From Eledone cirrhosa (lineage: Eukaryota): a stretch of DNA of 64,000 nucleotides. Shown here one piece after another: positions 55,264-64,000 of the stretch. The notes beneath the pieces are model-generated. The model made no database searches and was not told the origin of the DNA. It saw nothing but the letters and a program-made list of their open reading frames with translations. Numbering within the stretch: position 1 is the first letter of the stretch; each line of letters opens with the position of its first letter. The position numbers and the translations under genes are program-made. Where the stretch lies: contig OZ024743.1 in assembly GCA_964016885.1 (NCBI GenBank), forward strand, positions 192,572,001 through 192,636,000, in the 5' to 3' direction.

Positions 55264-55832
55264 CTAGCATTAAAGCCCGGCGTTGCTCGGGGTCAGTAAG
55301 TTACCAAAGTTAGGTTTCACCACCCATTTTATGGCAGCACTTTTTTGTCTGCCAGGCACTGGGTGAATGAATTGCAAACCTGGACTGCCGAAGCAGGAGC
55401 TGCGCCAGCAGTGACAATTGTAGTTTCGCCTATGGATATTATCTCTGTGCAAAGAAGTGTTGAAATTTATTGTTTCACAGTACTTGCGCAACACACGCGT
55501 AGACGATGCCAGCCGAACAACAGAGCTGCGATGGAGTTGTTCTGCATGGTTGTCTAATGTGTGTTTTCTAAATTTAAGACAGTAGGTAGGGGTGTGATAT
55601 GGGGGAGAGTTAGCTGCTGTTTCTAGCAGGTTTAGTGACCTCATAGAGGATATGTTTTCTAAATTTAAGACAGTAGGGAGCAATGTGATATGAGTGAGAG
55701 TTAGCTGCTGTTTCTAGCAGGTTTAGTGACCTCATAGAGGATATGTTTTCTAAATTTAAGACAGTAAGGAGGGGTGTGATATGAGGGAGAGTTAGCTGCT
55801 GTTTCTAGCAGGTTTAGTGACCTCATAGAGGA
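55264..55832 (-). mobile_element. Non-autonomous Helitron (family H2), inverted copy
   Basis: Reverse complement of 44990-45549, with the same three 5' modules and the same hairpin-CTAG end. It is inserted between A and T. Confidence 0.8.
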
Positions 55833-56279
55833 TATGATTGTGTATAGTAAATGAACTGATACTTCTTTCTTCCACGTTCGTTGAGAGATGTTTAAAAAAA
55901 GATTTATCGCTATTTTTTTGTTGTTGAATAAATTTATCTGTTGCTTTTGAATAATTGTTGTTTCGTATGAAATGTAATAAGTTCTCTTTGTCATTGAAGT
56001 AAATAAATATTTGACCGTTCCACACTAAAAAACAAACGTTCTCTCTCTTTCTCCCTCTCAGTCTCTTCTCTCTTCTGCGTTCCTAAAGGAAGTTTGTAAG
56101 TTTAAGCGTATATAAGAGAAAATTGCAGCATATATTTAGTTTTATCGATTATTTCCGTAATTGTGGGTGAGTTTGAATGAAATAAATAGTTGTTGATATA
56201 ATTTAGACCATTTACAACAATCTTACAGACTTTGATTCGAATCGGTTTGAAATTGTGCAAATGTATAAACATGGAACAT

Positions 56280-56280
<1 letters not shown>

Positions 56281-56370
<90 letters not shown>
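56281..56370. repeat. (CA)n followed by (CAA)n microsatellite
   Basis: Direct reading. Confidence 0.95.
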
Positions 56371-56371
<1 letters not shown>

Positions 56372-56482
56372 CTGCCTTTTATAGATAATTGTTTCTACTT
56401 TAGGCACAAGGCTAGCAATTATCAGTGCATTACTGGTACTTTATTTTATCGACCCCGTAAGGATGAAAGGCAAAGTCAAATG

Positions 56483-56528
<46 letters not shown>

Positions 56529-57822
56529 ATATACATATATAGTAATTTGGTGAAGAAACAAAATGTTATTTATTCCACCTGTAAAACAATGTGCTAGTAA
56601 ATTAGAATTCGCATTTAGCCAGCATTTACTTTCACAGGAAACGAACGCAACAAATCAGTTCACGGATAATTATTCTGTTTATCAATTTTATCGTCCCCCC
56701 AAAAATGAAACGTAAGTTAACCTCGGCGAGATTTGAGCTCAGAACGCAAAGAGCAAGAACAAATACCGCAAAGCGTTTTGATCGACGCTCTAACGGTTTT
56801 GCCACTCTAATTAATGCCAATGATAGCTTCTGATTTAGGCACAAGGCCAGCAATTTTTGGTGAGGGGGAAAGTCGATTATATCGACCCCAGTGCGTGACA
56901 GGTACTTTATTTTATCGACACCGTAAGGGTGAAAGGCAAAGTCAACCACGGCGAGATTTGAGCTCAGAACGTAAAGAGCCAGAACAAATACCGCCAAGCA
57001 TTTTGCTCGACGTTCTAACGCTTCAGCCACACTAATGCTAATAATAACAATCAGTCTATAAATAAAATTTTGACCGCGGGGCGCAGCTAAAATACCGCTC
57101 AAACTGGGGTGTAGTGTCTGTCCCTCCCCCTCCCTTTCTTTCGTTGCTTAATTCTTTTTTCTTTTTCTTCTTTTTATTTCCTTTTATGTTCCCTTTCATA
57201 GTATGTTTCGTTTTGGTTATAAACAACTTCGTGAAAAAGCAATTTTTATCCAAAAATAAGAATAGTAGCAACAGCCAACGAAAAAAAAAGAAGAAAGAAA
57301 AAGCACGTTCTAAAATTGAACTTTAAAGAATGAGGACTACAATACTTCCATTTATAAATAGCCACCCATCGCCAAAAATACTTGTGTTAATCTTTCATGT
57401 GTGTTTTTGGCATTCGAGGGCATAGATGATGTGAGTAGGTGTTTTAAAGATAAGGTCTGAACAGGAGTCGTGATTAAAAGTCAGTTATAGAACACATAGG
57501 CGGCGAGTTGGCAGTGTCGTTAGAAAATCGGATAGAATGATTTGCTGTATTCGTTTCGGCTCCCTGCTCCCTTAGTTCAAATCCCGTCGAGGTCAACTTT
57601 ACCTTTCATCTAGTCAAGATCGATAGGAAAAAATGTACCAGTTTAGTACTGGGGTCGATTCTTCCTCCATATCTCTTTCTTACTTCCATACCCTCACTCG
57701 CTATCTGTTCTCTGGAATAAATTTGCTGTTTCCAGACATGGAGAAGGATGGGCGCCGCCAAGTCTTAAAATGCTCTAAAAAGAATATACCTCTTGGCAAT
57801 ACTCCCACGATTTCTCAAAAAC

Positions 57823-58600
57823 CTACCGCAGTGTGAATATTTGGTCAGCTGTGCTGCGCCCGGGGCGAAAGCCGCACTGTTCATCAGCTAGTTTGGACTC
57901 GACAATCTCCCTGCATCTCTTTGACAGCCACTTAGCATAGACTTTACCAGAGAGGTTTAACACGGAGATCCTTCTATAATTGGAGCAATATCCCTTGTTT
58001 CCCTTTTTGAAAATTGGGATTATCACTCCCGATTGTCATTGTTTGAGTGCCTTTCCAAAGATCCAGGTCACTTGACTCACATGAGTCAGCCAAAGAATAC
58101 CTTCTTCATTTAAGGCTTTTCATATCTTGGGTTGAATTTCATCCTCCTCCAGCAGCCTTGCCACATTTGAGCTCTTTAACTGCTCTCAGAACACTTTATT
58201 TGCTGATCTGCAGTCGGATTCTAGCTTAACCCTAAAGTCCTCCCATGTCTTAACTTAGGACGTTTTTACAGTCTCTGTTACGAGTTTTCGTGCCTGCTTG
58301 TACCGCAAGTGCAAGAAGGAGAACTTATTTCTAAGCCAACTTTTGTAAGCCTCCTTCTTTGCTCGGATGGCATCTTTGACCTCTTGATTGAACCAATGGG
58401 TCTTCCAGCCATCCAGCACCACACCAAGCCCGCAGCATTTAACAGCTGAAGCTGAAACTGCTGCACTGAACAGTCTCTACTCTGTCTCAAAGTTTTCGGT
58501 TTGCTCAGGAAATTCTCTGAATTTTTGATGTAAAGGTATCTACATACCTGGTCCTGACTTCCTTATCAACCAGTGCTTTCCACTTTATCCTGTAGGTTGC
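57823..58600 (-). mobile_element. RTE LINE RT N-terminal fragment
   Basis: IIPIFKKGNKGYCSNYRRISVLNLSGKVYAK...EQCGFRPGRSTADQIFTLR, a canonical non-LTR RT segment. Confidence 0.92.
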
Positions 58601-59568
58601 CGCAACCCATCCTTCCTATTTATTTTATAAAGTATGGGATTTCTAGTAATGTACCTTTTTGTTATGTATAATGTTTTTTAATGTATAAAGAAAAATTTCG
58701 CCGGAGATAGATTTTAGCAAAATTTAATATGCGGGGAGGGGGAATAAGAGCAGTGGGGTTGGAAAAATCCGAAAAATTAATAAGTGGTGTGCGTGTGGTG
58801 GTGGTGGGGTCGTGACCCGAGAGAACCCGTTTCTCTCTATCAGTTTTCTCATATAGACACTCTTTCTGTTTCACTTTCTCCGTCTTCCTCTCAGTTCGTT
58901 TCTCTGTTTCTATGTATTACTTTCGTTCATTTTCTCTCTCTCTTACCTTCAGTACGTCTCTCTCTCTTTCTCTCAATCAGATAAACTCTCTTCTTCTCTA
59001 CCGTACTTTCTCTCTTCCTTTCTGTCTCTTTATCAGTAAATCTCTCTCTCTCTCTTTCTCTATTTGATCCCCTTCACTCTCTCAATCATATTAGTCAACA
59101 ATAAGAAACTTGGAAATGGGAGGTTATATATTTGACATTGATTGACCAATGAACGGTCAGCTATCAGAGAGAAAGGGAGATAGATAGAGATAGATAGATA
59201 GATATATAGATAGATAGATAGATAGATAGATAGAGGGGAGAGAGAGGGAGGGAGAGGGATAATTGCAGTAGCTAAAGCAGGGATATATTTTTATAAATAG
59301 TTCGTTCATATGTAAATAGATATTACTGGAACAGACACTCGAAAGAAAGACGTTAAATGCGTTTAGCAAACATAAAGATGTTTCATAATGGCGGTAGTGA
59401 AAGTGGCGGCCGTATAGGTGTTGGTGGTGGAGTGGTGTCTATTTCTTCTGGTTGTCGTTATTGTTCTAGACTCTAGAATCTAGAGGGATGTTATAAATAC
59501 ACACGTTTCTTAGTTTTACTTTACCCTCTATGAATAAGTCTCTCTCTTCCATATACTAATACACACAC

Positions 59569-59738
59569 CAGTATCGGTAGAGGGTCGGACGCCATGCTCT
59601 CCAGCATAGTTACGTCCCTTTACGATCTGAGTTCAAATCCCGCCGAGGTTGACTTTGCCTTTCATCCTTACGGGGTCGATAAAATAAAGTACCAGTAATG
59701 CACTGGGTAATTGCTGGCCTTGTGCCTAAAGTAGAAAC

Positions 59739-59742
<4 letters not shown>
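59569..59742 (+). mobile_element. SINE family A, plus-strand copy ending in (TA)n
   Basis: cagtatcggtagagggtcggac...gagttcaaatcccgccgagg...gcctttcatccttacggggtcgataaaataaagtaccag. Confidence 0.85.
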
Positions 59743-59774
<32 letters not shown>

Positions 59775-60944
59775 CACAATGAACCCAGGAAATCAGACGG
59801 GATATTTTCGTTTTCTTTTTTGAAAATAAATCATTTAATTCCATCATGAATTCACTTTCACTTTCGATGTTCCCACCCTGAAAAAGAGCCCAACTGCTAC
59901 ACAGATTATATCAAATAAATTCAGATATAGAAAAAGCTCATGATACTAAAAGAAACTTCATGACAAAGATAAAGACGGACTGACCATGATAACAGTCGAT
60001 CGACAAGTTAACGAGTGGGGTGGAGCTCATCAAATCGGACCGAGGAAACAATGTTTCCATTGGTCTTTCCAATTGCTAATACTATCTACCGGTCGCTAAT
60101 CCAGGCAGAAGGAGCAACGTGAAATAAAGTGTCTTGCTCATGGACATAACACATCGCCTGGTCCGGAAATCGAACTCACAACCTCACGATAGAGAATCTA
60201 TAATCACTCAGCCAGGCGCCTTAACTGAGCAGTAAAAACACCTCTGACCCTAAAGAGTTAGTAGTCTGTTAGATCCAGTCCGTTTTTTATAATAAAAAAA
60301 AATCACAGAGTTTTTTTTTTATTTATTTCATTTATAACGATTGAGGCACAGACAAACCATCGTTCACATGATTCTCATTAATGTTGAACAGCACTAACAA
60401 CTACCACAAAACAGTTTAATCTTGAAGTAAAGACAAAGAAGGTTTTGAAACGTTGAAATACCCGCTAAACATCCAATTAATTATAAAAGAGATCTCGACG
60501 AGATTCTCTCTTCGTCTCGACCGGCAAAGGAAGTCGTACGCCACCAACACCATATTTGCAAGGAAAGGTTGTTTAAGGACTTTATTCACACGAAAGTTTG
60601 CTGAACCAAGTAGGGTTGAACTTGAGGGAGCTGCCTGCTATATCCGGTAGGTCGAGACTCCATGAGTTCCCTGGTTGATATTTACGTACACTTATACATA
60701 AATATGAAGACCCGTGGCTTAATGGTTAGGATGTTCGGCTCACGATCGTAAGTTCTCGATTTCGATTCCCAGCAGCGCGTTGGGCCATTGAGCAAGACAC
60801 TATATTTCACGTTGCTCCTGTCAACGCAGCTGGAAAAAACTGAGTTGTACCTGTAATTCTAAAGGCCAGCCTCGCCACAGTGCGTGAGAAGTATGTTATG
60901 GGGAAACGTGTCTGTGGAAGGCTCAGCCACTTAGGCGTTAATAC

Positions 60945-61143
60945 AGACCTACCTGCCAACTTCTAAAAATCCAAAACGAGAAGTACCATGAAAAAAAGTG
61001 CCCCAAAACGGGGAGAAATGAGGCAAAATGGGGAGATTTTTCATAATGAGAGCTATACCCATTTTCACAAGAGAAGACATCTCTCACACACCCCAAAGTG
61101 GGTGGGAGATCTCCCCGTTGGATGGGGAGAGTTGACAGCTCTG
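60945..61143. mobile_element. Same MITE family, nested in a SINE B copy
   Basis: Exact 7-bp TSD GTTAATA on both sides. Confidence 0.82.
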
Positions 61144-61949
61144 GTTAATATCATGAGCAGTCTGTTTCGTTGATCAAACTGAAACTCACGCCGAAGGAAA
61201 CGACTGAGCTCCAATAATACATACATAAAATATAAAATAGGTAATGATTTGAGGAAAGTTGGCTATCATATTCACCATATGGTTAGTTGGTCACTGTATT
61301 TTGCAGCAAGGTTAATTCAGCATAGAGTTTTTTTTTTGAAGTGATTTTATAATTGATACAGAGCAAATTCTTCATATTTCAGGGGCCGTTTGAACTACCG
61401 AAACACACATCTATTTGTATATGCGCTACAATTTATGTACATGTTATGTTTATCGCATATCGAAGTTTTTTATAACTTGGTTGATATTTGATAATAACAG
61501 CTAAACTAATCACTACAACTAAATTGATCAAATTTGCTTCCTCCTCAATTCAGAAATGCTTCCACCACCCTTGTATTTAAGTCTTTATAACTTCGTGAAT
61601 CTTCATCAGAATACCCCGCCACCCTGGCAACCACTAGCACCACCATTGCTCCTGTAGCTCGGCATCGATTAAAAAAAATCTGTACTAAGTGAACTTAAAT
61701 AATTACATAACATGTAATGTATTCCTTTCCTCTCTTTCTTTTCTTATTTCTTTTATTTATTTATTTACTGTAGCCTCGGGGTACAGTCGTCTATTTCTGA
61801 CAGTAACTAATTTGATACGATCTATATTGGTATAGTACACGTAGGGTGGCGGTGGCGTGATTAAAAACAAAAACAAAAAAAAACAGTTTGAAGTAACCAG
61901 AAATTGCCAAACACTATTATTAAACTCATCACGATTTTTTTGTTTACTA

Positions 61950-63038
<1,089 letters not shown>

Positions 63039-63039
63039 A

Positions 63040-63345
63040 ATGAAAAATTTGAACAGGGACAGAACAGAGAGGCAGTACAATAAATGTTTATTAAATTCAC
63101 GCTCAGGAGAGTGGGGGGTAGTTCAAGGAAACAACAAATAGAGGTACAAAAAGCCTTATTAGTTTCACGCTTTATATGGAAAAGGGGAAAGAAAGTTCGA
63201 CGTGTCGGGCTTTAGCCCTTCTTCAGGAATACAAAAATAGAGACGGGATCACAAAGAGTAGATACAGAAAATAAAAAAGTAGTCCAAGTAAAGTAAAAAA
63301 AAAAAAACGAAAATAAAAAGAAAGTAAATAAGAGAAACCCTGAGG
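63040..63345 (-). mobile_element. Penelope-like element end
   Basis: Hammerhead motif plus downstream aataaacatttattgtactgcctctctgttctgt, homologous to 55195-55235. It abuts (TA)n. Confidence 0.55.
63196..63229 (-). ncRNA. Degenerate minimal hammerhead ribozyme of a Penelope-like element
   Basis: Minus strand TTC-CTGAAGA-AGGGC-TAAA-GCCC-GACAC-GTC-GAA. This fits the PLE hammerhead pattern apart from a GAAA>GACA substitution. Confidence 0.6.
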
Positions 63346-64000
63346 TAGTCTTGGTAACGATATTCTACATAAAAAAAAGCCCATCAAACAAAGGATATAA
63401 CTCCTATGAAATCATTCCATTGAAATAGAAACTGAAGGATGCGAGAAAATGTGGTCTTGGGAGACAATAAATGAACTCACAGTATCAAACTCATGGCTGT
63501 TGACGTTGCTTTTTATTCACTTTAGTTAAATGAAATATGTATCAGTAGCATACTAAAATGGCGGATGAACTCCATAGAGTCAACGGTCATCCACTCCAAC
63601 TATGGGTCAAATAGCCTCACCAATCTGTAATTGGCCAAGCGTGCTGAGTATGATAACACCCTTGACATGATCAAAACCAAACAGAAAGCGGTGGAGGTCA
63701 ACCAAGGAATATATATACTAGCATTAATTCTATATATTAGCTGGACCCGCCGAAATTCTATGGTGGTTGACAACTAAGACGATCGATCAATCGATCGATA
63801 AACCGATCACACGTTTTCCGAATGAGGTGGAACTCGTCAAATCAGATCAATCTTTTCATTGCTAATACTCTATGGCAGAAGGAGCAACGTGAAATAAAGT
63901 GTTTTGCTCAAGGACATAATTCATAACCTGGCTTGAGAATCGAACTCACAACCTCTCTAACCACTAAGCCACACGCCTTCACTGAGATACTACACACTGA

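Overview
This is AT-rich, repeat-dense eukaryotic genomic DNA. The SINE, RTE-LINE, Penelope and (TA)n/(CA)n landscape suggests a coleoid cephalopod, probably an octopus (inference). The one supportable host gene is on the minus strand. It encodes an ALP/Enigma-family (Zasp/PDLIM-like) Z-disc scaffold protein, with three exons joined in frame: 25169-24819 (ZM motif), 17217-16997 (ALP motif) and 9391-9329 (63-nt symmetric exon). I could not find its PDZ or LIM exons in the window. The rest is mostly mobile DNA: two tRNA-derived SINE families, decayed RTE and CR1 LINEs, non-autonomous Helitrons, mariner, hAT, piggyBac-like and 7-bp-TSD MITEs, Penelope-like ends with minimal hammerhead ribozyme motifs, and microsatellites. 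The main oddities are (1) a hammerhead-containing mini-element with ~84-bp inverted arms at 43 kb, (2) a 1.35-kb hierarchically built polypyrimidine tract (sense strand) just upstream of the 63-nt exon, (3) several near-perfect fold-back palindromes and inverted repeat pairs, (4) Helitrons with a tandemly reiterated 5' end, and (5) a CpG-content switch near 37-38 kb. Nearly all long ORFs in the supplied track are microsatellite artefacts. Repeat boundaries are approximate because they were read by eye.
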